From Dehalococcoidia bacterium (GTDB lineage Bacteria; Chloroflexota; Dehalococcoidia; Lucifugimonadales; UBA3495), in contig DAOULB010000002.1 of NCBI GenBank assembly GCA_034420695.1, positions 7,817 through 71,816 of the forward strand: a stretch of 64,000 nucleotides of DNA. Direction: 5' to 3'. Of this stretch, positions 27,291 to 36,067 are shown in pieces (the stretch's first letter is position 1; each line of letters begins with the position of its first letter). The translations under genes and the position numbers were made by a program. The notes below the pieces were generated by a model that saw only the letters and a program-made list of their open reading frames with translations, was not told where the DNA came from and did no database searches.

Positions 27291-27938
27291 ATGCCTCGTC
27301 CGACCGCAGGGATGCTGGCTCTCGGCGCCGTCGGGCTCGGCGTGACCGTAATTGTAGGTTTTGTGCTGGTGGTCCTTTTGATATCCTGGTTCTCCAACCC
27401 TCCCTTCGGGTTGGGAAATGCGCCGCCCCAGCCGGTGGCTTTTCCGCATACAATACATGCCGGCTCTCCCGAGGAGGGCGGCATGGGCATCCAGTGCGAG
27501 TTCTGTCACCGCAACGTGACCAAGGGCGCAGCAGCCACGGTGCCCGCGGTGGAACAGTGCGTGTTCTGCCACAAGGTGGCCGAAGGCGGAACCGAGACGG
27601 CCAAAGCAGAGATTCTGAAGGTGACCCAGGCGTTTGCCGAAGACACCCCAATAAACTGGGAGAGGGTGCACCGGATGCCCGACCACGTGAGGTTCGTTCA
27701 CGAGGCCCACATCCGGTTCTTCACCGACCCTTCTACCGGCGTAACCAGGACGCTGATCAATGGGGAGAAGACCCAGCAACCCCTCTCCGTATCCCAGACC
27801 TGTTCGGTCTGCCACGGCGAAGTGGCCGCAATGGAAGAGGTGCAACCCAAAGAAGGGCAGTCTTTGAAGATGGGCACCTGCCTGGACTGCCACCGGGAGA
27901 ACAACGTGCCCACCGACTGCACTGTGTGTCACAAGTAG
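27291..27938 (+). CDS. actA: Alternative Complex III subunit ActA (pentahaem cytochrome c)
   Basis: N-terminal membrane anchor and five CxxCH motifs (CEFCH, CVFCH, CSVCH, CLDCH, CTVCH). Confidence 0.85.
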   Translation: MPRPTAGMLALGAVGLGVTVIVGFVLVVLLISWFSNPPFGLGNAPPQPVAFPHTIHAGSPEEGGMGIQCEFCHRNVTKGAAATVPAVEQCVFCHKVAEGGTETAKAEILKVTQAFAEDTPINWERVHRMPDHVRFVHEAHIRFFTDPSTGVTRTLINGEKTQQPLSVSQTCSVCHGEVAAMEEVQPKEGQSLKMGTCLDCHRENNVPTDCTVCHK

Positions 27939-27987
27939 AGCAACAGCGGAAGCTATGCTAGAGAAAAGCGACCCTGAGAAAAGCTAG

Positions 27988-30351
27988 ATGAAACTGACGC
28001 GCCGACATTTCCTCGCCTGGGCGGGCATCTCCGCAGTGGGAGCGGTTGCTTGTGAAGGCTTCGGCATCAGGGAAGGCGAGTTCAGCGTACAGAGCCCGGT
28101 CATGCTCCCCGAGGACTTGGTCCGGGGCCAGGACAACTGGTACGCCACCCTTTGCCGGACCTGCCCATGCTCCGAAGGCATCGTCGTCCGGGTGATGGAA
28201 GGCCGGGCCAAGAAGATACAAGGCAATCCCCTGTACCCCGTCAACCAAGGCAAGCAGAGCGCGCGGTGCGAGGCCGGCCTGCAGGCGGTTTACCACCCGG
28301 ACCGGATTTCCGGCCCCATGCGGCGCTCCGGGGCCAGGGGTTCGGGCCACTTCACCCCCATTCCCTGGAAGGACGCTCCCGGGGTTACAGGCTTGGGTGT
28401 GCTGCGGCAGCAACTGGAAGAAAACGGCGACGGCATGCTGATGGTGACCGAGCCGTTGAGGGGCCACTTGGCCCAGGTAACCGACCGCTTCGCTTCCGCT
28501 TTCGGCGGAAAGCGGCTGGGATTTGAAACCCTGGACAATAACACTTGCTTGGCCGCAGTTAAGAACGTTTTCGGCCAGGACCGGATGCCGGACTTCGACT
28601 TGGCCAACACCAATTTCCTGCTCAGCTTCGGTGCCGACTTCCTTTCAACTTGGCTTTCCCCCACCCGCTGGAGCCAGGCGTATGGCGAGTTCCGGCAGGG
28701 AGAAGGACGCAAGAGGGGGACCTTCTACCACGTTGACTCCCGTTTCTCCATGACCGCGGCTAACGCCGACAAGTGGATTCCCATAGACCCCGGCTGGGAA
28801 GGACACTTGGCCCTCAGCTTGGCGCAAGTCATCCTGGCGGAAGGGTTGCAGCACCCCGGCGCCGATGTGGCGGCACTCACCGGCGGACGCGGGGCGGCAC
28901 TCCTTGACGGTTTCAGGCCCGAGGACGTGGCGTCGAGAATTGGGCTGACAGAAGCGGCCGCGGGCAGCCCCCATGGTGATAGTCCGGCGGAGTTCATCCG
29001 CCGCTTGGCCCGGGATTTCGCCAGCCAGGGCCCAAGCCTGGCAATCGGCGGAGGGTCCGCCGGGGCCACTGACAACGGGCTCTTCAACTTGGAAGCCATC
29101 TACGCCCTCAACTACTTGGTGGGCAGTGTTGGAGCTGCCGGTGGAGTGAGGCCCAACCCGGCGAGTCCCTTGGAGGACCTGACGGCAACGGCGCAGGTTG
29201 GCAGCTTCGAAGAGTGGACCCAGGCGGCAGAGGACATCAAGAGCGGAAACACCCGGCTCCTGTTACTCCATAATGCGGACCCAATGCTCGGTCTGCCCGA
29301 CTCCCTGGACCTGCAACGGACCCTGAACGACGCCGATAATCTGTTTATTGTCAGCTTCTCGCCCTTCTTGGACGAGACCAGCATCATGGCGGACCTGATA
29401 CTGCCAGACCGGGTCTACTTGGAAGACTGGGGCAGCGACTTGCCTGAACCGGGCCCGGGTTACCAAGTAATCGGCTACCAGCAGCCGGTAGTGAACCCGC
29501 TGTACGATTTGGACCCGTTGAGTTTTCCCGACGTTTTGCTGACCATGGCCCAGGAATTGGGGAAAGAGGCGGAGTTGCCTTGGCCCAACTTCCAGACTAT
29601 GCTGCGGGACAGCGCCAACGCCCTGTTCGAACTGAACCGGGGTTCCCCCCGCAGCGGTCCCGATGGGGCGGCTGACGAGGCAGAGTTCTGGAACAAGCTG
29701 CTCAGGCAGGGCGGCTGGTGGGACGAAGGTTCCACGGCGGCGGCACAGGATGCTCCTGAGGGACTGCTGGCCGGTATTGTGGACAAGGCGGCCCGTCCGA
29801 ACTTCGCCGGTCCCGTTCAGGACTATGACACCTTCTACTTGGTGCCCTTCTCGCACAACACCTTACTGGACGGGCGCAACGGCCATCTGCCCTGGATGCA
29901 GGCCGCTCCCGACCCGCTGTCCACCATCACTTGGCAGACGTGGGTGGAAATCAACGACATCAAGGCCGATGAACTGGGTCTCCGCGAAGGCGACGTGGTG
30001 CGCATCAGCTCCAACAACGAGTCGATACGGGCCTTGGTGTCCCCCTCGCCGGCCATTCCTCCAGGAGTGGTCGCTGTCCCGTTGGGACAGGGTCGGCGCA
30101 GCGGTTCCAGCTACGCCTCGGACCGCCCCGGCACCGAAAGCTCCAATGTCATCGACATCGTCGAGCCTAACAAGGTTGCCGGCACCGGCTCCCTGGCTTG
30201 GGCCGGCACCCGGGTGCGCCTCACCACCACCGGGACCAGCCGGCGGGTCTCCAAGTTCGAGGGCGCCTTCTCCCAAGATAGAGGCAGGGCCGTGGAGATA
30301 GGAACCACCGAAGCAGAGCGCATAATTCACACCGTCCCGGCGGACGGATAG
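27988..30351 (+). CDS. actB1: ACIII subunit ActB1 (molybdopterin-oxidoreductase-like domain)
   Basis: Twin-arginine signal MKLTRRHFLAWAGISAVGAVA. The 787-aa size and layout fit the MopB superfamily, and it is adjacent to the FeS subunit. Confidence 0.85.
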   Translation: MKLTRRHFLAWAGISAVGAVACEGFGIREGEFSVQSPVMLPEDLVRGQDNWYATLCRTCPCSEGIVVRVMEGRAKKIQGNPLYPVNQGKQSARCEAGLQAVYHPDRISGPMRRSGARGSGHFTPIPWKDAPGVTGLGVLRQQLEENGDGMLMVTEPLRGHLAQVTDRFASAFGGKRLGFETLDNNTCLAAVKNVFGQDRMPDFDLANTNFLLSFGADFLSTWLSPTRWSQAYGEFRQGEGRKRGTFYHVDSRFSMTAANADKWIPIDPGWEGHLALSLAQVILAEGLQHPGADVAALTGGRGAALLDGFRPEDVASRIGLTEAAAGSPHGDSPAEFIRRLARDFASQGPSLAIGGGSAGATDNGLFNLEAIYALNYLVGSVGAAGGVRPNPASPLEDLTATAQVGSFEEWTQAAEDIKSGNTRLLLLHNADPMLGLPDSLDLQRTLNDADNLFIVSFSPFLDETSIMADLILPDRVYLEDWGSDLPEPGPGYQVIGYQQPVVNPLYDLDPLSFPDVLLTMAQELGKEAELPWPNFQTMLRDSANALFELNRGSPRSGPDGAADEAEFWNKLLRQGGWWDEGSTAAAQDAPEGLLAGIVDKAARPNFAGPVQDYDTFYLVPFSHNTLLDGRNGHLPWMQAAPDPLSTITWQTWVEINDIKADELGLREGDVVRISSNNESIRALVSPSPAIPPGVVAVPLGQGRRSGSSYASDRPGTESSNVIDIVEPNKVAGTGSLAWAGTRVRLTTTGTSRRVSKFEGAFSQDRGRAVEIGTTEAERIIHTVPADG

Positions 30352-30413
30352 CATCAGGTGTAGGTGCACGTGCAGGTTTCAAACCTGCCCGTGCGGATGG
30401 TAAGGATACTTAA

Positions 30414-31199
30414 ATGGTAACGAACCGGGTTGACCACAAATGGGGAATGGTTGTGGACTTGGACCGCTGCACCGGTTGCCAAGCCTGCGTGGTTGCGTGC
30501 CAGTCGGAGAACAACCTGCCCATCAACACCAAGGACTTCTTCCAGCAGAACCGGGCCTACGAATGGATAAGAATCGAGCGTTACTGGGAAGGCGAATTCC
30601 CCAACGTGAAGGCCCGCTTCATCCCGGTGATGTGCCAGCACTGTGAGAATGCTCCCTGCGAGCCGGTTTGCCCGGTCTATGCCACCTATCACAATGACCA
30701 AGGCATGAACGTCCAAGTCTATAACCGGTGCATCGGCACCAGGTATTGCGCCAACAACTGCCCCTATTCGGTGAGATTCTTCAACTGGTGGGAGCCCCAG
30801 TGGCCGGAGCGGCTGAGGAATCACCTGAACACCGACGTTACGGTACGCAGCCGCGGCATCATGGAGCGGTGCTCCTTCTGCGTCCAGCGCATCCGCCGGG
30901 GCCAGTTGAAGGTGGAAGGGCAGCAGCGAAAGACCTTGGACCAAGCCGCCATGAAGGAGAACAACCTGCTTCCTGCCTGCGTCCACGCCTGCCCTACCAA
31001 CGCCCTGAAGTTCGGCGACCAGTTGGACGAGACCGGCCCGGTCAAGAAAGTCTTCGACGCCGTGAACGATTACGAAGAACACCACGGAGAGAAACCCAAG
31101 AGAGGCTACCGCCTGCTTGAAGAGATGGCCACCAAGCCCAACGTTATCTTCCTGCAGAAAGTCGAAAAATACCCTTTGAAGAACGGTGCGCATGGCTGA
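30414..31199 (+). CDS. actB2: ACIII subunit ActB2 (4Fe-4S ferredoxin-type, PsrB/NrfC-like)
   Basis: CTGCQACVVAC, CQHCENAPCEPVCP, CIGTRYCANNCP and CPTNAL cluster motifs. Confidence 0.85.
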   Translation: MVTNRVDHKWGMVVDLDRCTGCQACVVACQSENNLPINTKDFFQQNRAYEWIRIERYWEGEFPNVKARFIPVMCQHCENAPCEPVCPVYATYHNDQGMNVQVYNRCIGTRYCANNCPYSVRFFNWWEPQWPERLRNHLNTDVTVRSRGIMERCSFCVQRIRRGQLKVEGQQRKTLDQAAMKENNLLPACVHACPTNALKFGDQLDETGPVKKVFDAVNDYEEHHGEKPKRGYRLLEEMATKPNVIFLQKVEKYPLKNGAHG

Positions 31200-32598
31200 G
31201 CACGGACACTATCCTGCCGGAATGTGGGTCTTTCCCAACGCGGCCGAAATCACCGGCGACATGACCGCCAGGACCAGGGCGATGCCGACCGGCTTTCGCC
31301 GTGCCGTAGCCGTGTCCGGTGTTCTCTTCGCATTGGGGGTTATCGGTTTCATCGCCAGGGCCGTGTCAGACGGCTTCAGTGACTACATGCCCTGGGGTTA
31401 CTTCGCGGCGATGTTCTTCTTTGTTTTCATGGTGACCGGAACCGCTCCCTTGGCCGCGGTGGCCTTCCGTTTCACCAAGAGCCACTGGCGGCGGCCTCTG
31501 ACCAGGGTCTCTGAACTGTTCGCGGTGGTCGGCGTAGTTAATACCATACTGTTCATTCCGTTGCTGGTGCTGATGCCGCCCATCCAGAACACAGTCGGCG
31601 GCGAGCACACCCTGGAAATCAGGCGCACCATCTGGTTTGAGGTGCCCATCGGGGCTCCCCACTGGTGGGACTTCCTGGGGGTGGCGTTCCTGGGAATCGC
31701 CAGCTTGGGCATCCTCTGGCTCACCGCCATGCCCGACATGGCCGAAAACCGGGCCAACAGCACCGGGTTCCGTCGGAGCGTGTACAACCTACTGGCGGGT
31801 CACTGGTACGGCGCCAAGCGCCAGTGGGAGATCCAGAAGGCGGGCATCGCCCTCCTTGGCGCCTTCTACTTCATGCTGCTTATATACGTACACTTCATCC
31901 TGACCACCGACTACGCCCAGAGCTTGGTGCCCGGTTGGAAGGACTCGATATTCCCGCCCCTGTTCAGCTTGACCAGCTTCCAGAGTTCCCTGGGGCTCAT
32001 CCTGATAGTCCTGTACGTCATGCGGCGCTGGTGCGGCTACGAGCAGTACATCGGAATATCCACCTTCTGGTCGGCCAGCAAGCTGCTTCTGGCGTTTACC
32101 CTGCTGTGGGCTTACCACACCTTCGCCTTCTTTATCACTTACTGGTTCGGCAGGCTGGAGGTCGAGCAGAACATCATCATGTACTTCTTCCTCGGCTCCT
32201 ATGCCGGGGTGTTCGTCGCCAACCTGATCCTCACTTTTATTGCGCCCTTCTTGATCCTGCTATGGAACCCGGTGCGAAAAACGGCTTGGGGCCCCACCTT
32301 GGCGGGAGTATGCGCCCTGGCTGGGGCTCTGATGTTCAACATCAGGGTATTCGTCGGGTCTTTCAACGCAGGAGACATCTACGCCATCTTTCTTGACCAT
32401 GTACCGGCGCCGGTCTATCCCGACGTTTGGGATGTGTTCATGGTGCTGGGCGGCGTGGGGTTTGCGGCCTTGGTATTCTTGGCCGCCACCAAGATAATTC
32501 CAATAATGTCGGTGTGGGAAGTCAAGGAAGGGACCAAGTATCAGAGCATGCAAACTCTCATCAGGGGCGAGTACTTGGTGCTTGCCAAGCCGGAGTGA
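31192..32598 (+). CDS. actC: ACIII subunit ActC (NrfD/PsrC-like polytopic membrane protein)
   Basis: About 10 TM helices. ATG 31192 overlaps the actB2 stop (ATGGCTGA). Confidence 0.8.
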   Translation: MAEHGHYPAGMWVFPNAAEITGDMTARTRAMPTGFRRAVAVSGVLFALGVIGFIARAVSDGFSDYMPWGYFAAMFFFVFMVTGTAPLAAVAFRFTKSHWRRPLTRVSELFAVVGVVNTILFIPLLVLMPPIQNTVGGEHTLEIRRTIWFEVPIGAPHWWDFLGVAFLGIASLGILWLTAMPDMAENRANSTGFRRSVYNLLAGHWYGAKRQWEIQKAGIALLGAFYFMLLIYVHFILTTDYAQSLVPGWKDSIFPPLFSLTSFQSSLGLILIVLYVMRRWCGYEQYIGISTFWSASKLLLAFTLLWAYHTFAFFITYWFGRLEVEQNIIMYFFLGSYAGVFVANLILTFIAPFLILLWNPVRKTAWGPTLAGVCALAGALMFNIRVFVGSFNAGDIYAIFLDHVPAPVYPDVWDVFMVLGGVGFAALVFLAATKIIPIMSVWEVKEGTKYQSMQTLIRGEYLVLAKPE

Positions 32599-32787
32599 CG
32601 GCAACCAACCCCCATAAAGTCGGGACCGGGACTAGTCGGGCCGGGACTAATCGGAAATGAACGTTTTCAGCCCCCACAAAATACGGCAGTCCGCACCAAC
32701 CCCCATTAGGAGCCGGCCTTTGGGCCATAGCGCAGTTGGCGGAAGGCTGAAAGCTCCAAACCCAGGTGAAACGGGACAGGGTCTTTA

Positions 32788-34179
32788 ATGCAGGAAGGTA
32801 GAATACTACCGGCAGCCCAGATCAACCGGGACCTGTTGCGGTCGATCCTGGAATCACCGAAGTGGTTCTGGGTAACGGTCGCGCTGTTGGCCTTGTTGGT
32901 CCTGGGGGCCTTCAGCGCCGCCGGGCTCTTGGTCAACAAGGGCATGGGCGTCACCGGAATGAACCGCCCGGTGATGTGGGGATTCTTCATCACCAACTTC
33001 GTCTTCTGGATCGGCATCAGCCACGCCGGGGTGATGCTCTCCGCCATTTTGCGGCTTTCCAAAGCTGAATGGCGCCGCCCGGCCACCCGAGCGGCCGAGG
33101 TGCTGACGGTCTTCTCGCTGATGACCGCCATGCTGATGCCGGTGGTGCACACCGGCAGGCCTTGGCGGACCGTTTACTGGATTTACACCCTGCCCTTTGT
33201 GCCGATGGACTATGCACGGGGCATCTGGCCAAATATCCGCTCTCCCTTGGTCTGGGACCCCAGCGCGGTGTACACCTACCTGACGTCCAGTATCCTCTTC
33301 GTGATAGTCGCGCTGATTCCGGACTTTGCAGTGCTGCGGGACCGGACCACCGGCTTCAGTCACCACGTTTATTCGGTCTTGGCCATGGGATGGCGGGGAA
33401 ATGCCCGGCAGTGGAAGTTCCAGATAATCGCCGGAGTGCTGCTGTCGGCCTTGATCCTGCCGGTGTTCGTCTCGGTGCACAGCATAGTGTCCTGGGACTT
33501 CGGAATGGCAGTATCGGTCAAGACTTGGCACTCCACCATATTTGCACCCTACTTCGTGGTAGGGGCGGTCCACTCCGGCGTCTCGGCAGTGGCCTTCGTG
33601 ATGATCATCCTGCGATACATTTATGGATGGCAGGACTACATCCGCCACGAGCACATCGACGCACTGGGGCGGCTGCTGATGGTGGTGGCCACCGGCTGGT
33701 TCTACTTCTTCGTGATGGAGATAATCTTCGGGTTCTACGGCAGGGAGGCTGAAGAAATCGCCGTCCGGGACCTGCAGTTCACCCAGTACCCCTACAACGT
33801 CTGGATGATTATTTTTGCCGGCGTGACCTACTTCCTGCCTATGGCCCTGTGGATTCCCAGGGTTTGGCGCCGCAACCTCTGGTTAATGTCGGCGGCATGT
33901 ATTTCAGTCAACATAGGCATGTGGCTGGAGAGATACCTGATAATTGTCCCCGGCTTGGCCAACAAGGGAGTGTTCACTTTCACGTGGGCCTCGTATACGC
34001 CCAGCCCGGTGGAAGTGACGATCATAGCGGGCACCTTCGGCTTGGTGTCGATCCTGATGCTGTTGTTCAGCCGGGTCCTGCCCCTGATACCACTGTATGA
34101 CATCAAAGAGGGCGACATATTGAAGACGGAAGTCCAGATAGGACGCCGGACGGTGCCGGCAACCTACAGGGAGGACTAG
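32788..34179 (+). CDS. actF: Second NrfD-like membrane subunit (ActF-like paralogue of ActC)
   Basis: 463 aa, polytopic, same NrfD-like architecture as the preceding gene. The ActF label is by analogy only. Confidence 0.7.
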   Translation: MQEGRILPAAQINRDLLRSILESPKWFWVTVALLALLVLGAFSAAGLLVNKGMGVTGMNRPVMWGFFITNFVFWIGISHAGVMLSAILRLSKAEWRRPATRAAEVLTVFSLMTAMLMPVVHTGRPWRTVYWIYTLPFVPMDYARGIWPNIRSPLVWDPSAVYTYLTSSILFVIVALIPDFAVLRDRTTGFSHHVYSVLAMGWRGNARQWKFQIIAGVLLSALILPVFVSVHSIVSWDFGMAVSVKTWHSTIFAPYFVVGAVHSGVSAVAFVMIILRYIYGWQDYIRHEHIDALGRLLMVVATGWFYFFVMEIIFGFYGREAEEIAVRDLQFTQYPYNVWMIIFAGVTYFLPMALWIPRVWRRNLWLMSAACISVNIGMWLERYLIIVPGLANKGVFTFTWASYTPSPVEVTIIAGTFGLVSILMLLFSRVLPLIPLYDIKEGDILKTEVQIGRRTVPATYRED

Positions 34180-34240
34180 CACCTCAAGCCGGGGGGTCCG
34201 GGAGCGCCGGCCCTCCCCGGAGAGAAGCGGGGTTAAGCAC

Positions 34241-34759
34241 ATGGCAATAAAACCGATTCTGGGTCTGTTTGAAACCGCCGACAACGCGGCCAACGCAGGC
34301 GACGCTCTCAAAGAAGCAAACGTCGACCCGAGGAATTTCGACTTCCTCACCGACGCTCCTTATCCGGAGGGCGCATTCGGAGAGCGGCCTGAGAACCACC
34401 GTCTCTACCTGTTCCCTCTGCTGGGCGCCATTGTGGGCTTGACCATTGGAATCATGCTGACTTCCATGACCCAGATGGCCTATCCCATGGTGCAGGGTGG
34501 CAAGCCGATCCTCTCCCTGCCGCCAATGGCGGTAATCACCTACGAGAGCACAATGCTTTCCGCCATCATCTTCACCATCATTGGCATCGTGTTTGAATCG
34601 CGGCTGCCCAGGGTGAAGATGGGCTTGTACGACACCCGCATCACCGAAGGCTATATCGGAGTGTTGGTCAACGTGGAAGAGGACCAGTTGCCCAGCGTCT
34701 CGGGAATTCTCTCCGGCGCCGGCGCTGTTGACGTTATTCAAGAAAACCGGGCGGGATAG
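34241..34759 (+). CDS. actD: ACIII subunit ActD (DUF3341-like)
   Basis: The soluble N-terminal LGLFETADNAANAGDALKEANV segment followed by two TM helices fits the DUF3341/ActD layout. Confidence 0.7.
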   Translation: MAIKPILGLFETADNAANAGDALKEANVDPRNFDFLTDAPYPEGAFGERPENHRLYLFPLLGAIVGLTIGIMLTSMTQMAYPMVQGGKPILSLPPMAVITYESTMLSAIIFTIIGIVFESRLPRVKMGLYDTRITEGYIGVLVNVEEDQLPSVSGILSGAGAVDVIQENRAG

Positions 34760-34768
34760 CCGAAGGCC

Positions 34769-35314
34769 TTGTCCAGCGTGAAACACGAAAACATCACATA
34801 CCAAGTATCACCGCAGCCTGCGGCCTCCAAGAGCCGGACAAAGCTCTGGTTGTTGGGGCTGGCTATGGTGGCCGGCTTGGCCCTAGCGGCTTGCGGCCAA
34901 GGGGCCTACCCGCTGGATATTTTCTACGAGATGCACTACCAGCAGTCCCACAAGTCCCAGGAGCCGCCCCGGGTGGACGGTGTCAAGGGAGCGGTGGCCT
35001 GGTTCCCGGAGCCGCAGAACACCACAGCCTTCGGTTCCGACGGGGAATACCTCTACACGGTGAACTGCGCCATGTGCCACGGCGCCGATGGAAGGGGAAA
35101 CGGCCCGGTGTTGCAGCAGCTCGTCGACGAATACGGGTACACCCCCCTGCTCGACCCGGATTTGACCTCCGAGCCCGTTATGACCATGGGCCGTTCCGGA
35201 GTGGAGTCGTTGATGGCAGGCGGGCTGAACGTAATGCCCAGCTTTTCCAAGCTGCTGACGGTAGAAGAAATGCAGGCCATCTCCGGGTACATCGAGCAGG
35301 AAATACAGCCGTAG
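34769..35314 (+). CDS. actE: ACIII subunit ActE (monohaem cytochrome c, probable lipoprotein)
   Basis: Single CAMCHG haem site and a lipobox-like LALAAC after a signal helix. The start (TTG 34769 or GTG 34778) is uncertain. Confidence 0.75.
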   Translation: MSSVKHENITYQVSPQPAASKSRTKLWLLGLAMVAGLALAACGQGAYPLDIFYEMHYQQSHKSQEPPRVDGVKGAVAWFPEPQNTTAFGSDGEYLYTVNCAMCHGADGRGNGPVLQQLVDEYGYTPLLDPDLTSEPVMTMGRSGVESLMAGGLNVMPSFSKLLTVEEMQAISGYIEQEIQP

Positions 35315-35500
35315 CGACCTGCTTCAAGCGACACTGCCGCTCCTCTTCACCCTTAGCACCCAGCCCAAGTTGGTACAATGTTGACTACGGCATTGCCCGA
35401 ATCACTCCCGCGCCCAGGGTAAGTGGCTTCTTCTTCTTGCACCAGCCGCGATGTGCTTCCCAACCGGCAGCTTGGCGCAGCGCGCCTCAGACTGCCGGCC

Positions 35501-36067
35501 ATGTTTCTGTCCGTCCTCTTGGCTGTGCTGTTGTGGGCTGTTCTCCCGGTTGGCGCACGGGCGCAGGAAGCGACACCCCCCGTATCACCGGGGGAGCTTG
35601 CCTTCGAGGAGAAGGAGGCCCAAGCCATCGACGGAATGTTGATGTGCCCGGTGTGCCCGGCTGAAACCATCGACCAAGCCCAGGTGCCCTTGGCCAAGCA
35701 GATGCGCCAAGTCGTCCGGGAGAAGCTGGCCCAAGGTGAAAGCCGGGAGCAGATTCTGGACTACTTCGCCAGTGTTTACGGCCAAGACGTGCTGGCGGCG
35801 CCGCAAAAGACCGGGGTGAACCTTATAGCTTGGACGGTCCCAGTGGTTGCAGTGCTGGCGGCTCTAGCCGCCGGCCTGCTGGTGCTGCGTTCCATGACGG
35901 CCAGGCCAGCCGCGGACACCGGAGGCGTTGCCGGAGAGGGTCCACCCTCGGAAGACCCAAGTCCCTACTTGGAGGCGGCGGACAGGGAACTAGCCCTTTC
36001 CCCAATGCCTGCAACCCCCTCGGAATCTGAAGGCGAATCGGCGTCCCGGGAGGCCGAAAATGGCTGA
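35501..36067 (+). CDS. ccmH: Cytochrome c maturation protein CcmH-like
   Basis: Signal peptide, then LMCPVCPAETIDQAQVPLAKQMRQVVREKLAQGESREQILDYFASVYG (CcmH CxxC core), then a TM helix. Start moved to ATG 35501. Confidence 0.75.
   Translation: MFLSVLLAVLLWAVLPVGARAQEATPPVSPGELAFEEKEAQAIDGMLMCPVCPAETIDQAQVPLAKQMRQVVREKLAQGESREQILDYFASVYGQDVLAAPQKTGVNLIAWTVPVVAVLAALAAGLLVLRSMTARPAADTGGVAGEGPPSEDPSPYLEAADRELALSPMPATPSESEGESASREAENG

Noticed and set aside
30354-31193. 279-aa minus-strand ORF opposite actB2, plus 32854-33654, 34184-34804 and 38380-39381 opposite other act/ccm genes
   Set aside because: The + strand genes have haem, FeS or TM signatures and operon continuity. The minus ORFs are Gly/Arg/His/Pro-rich artefacts.
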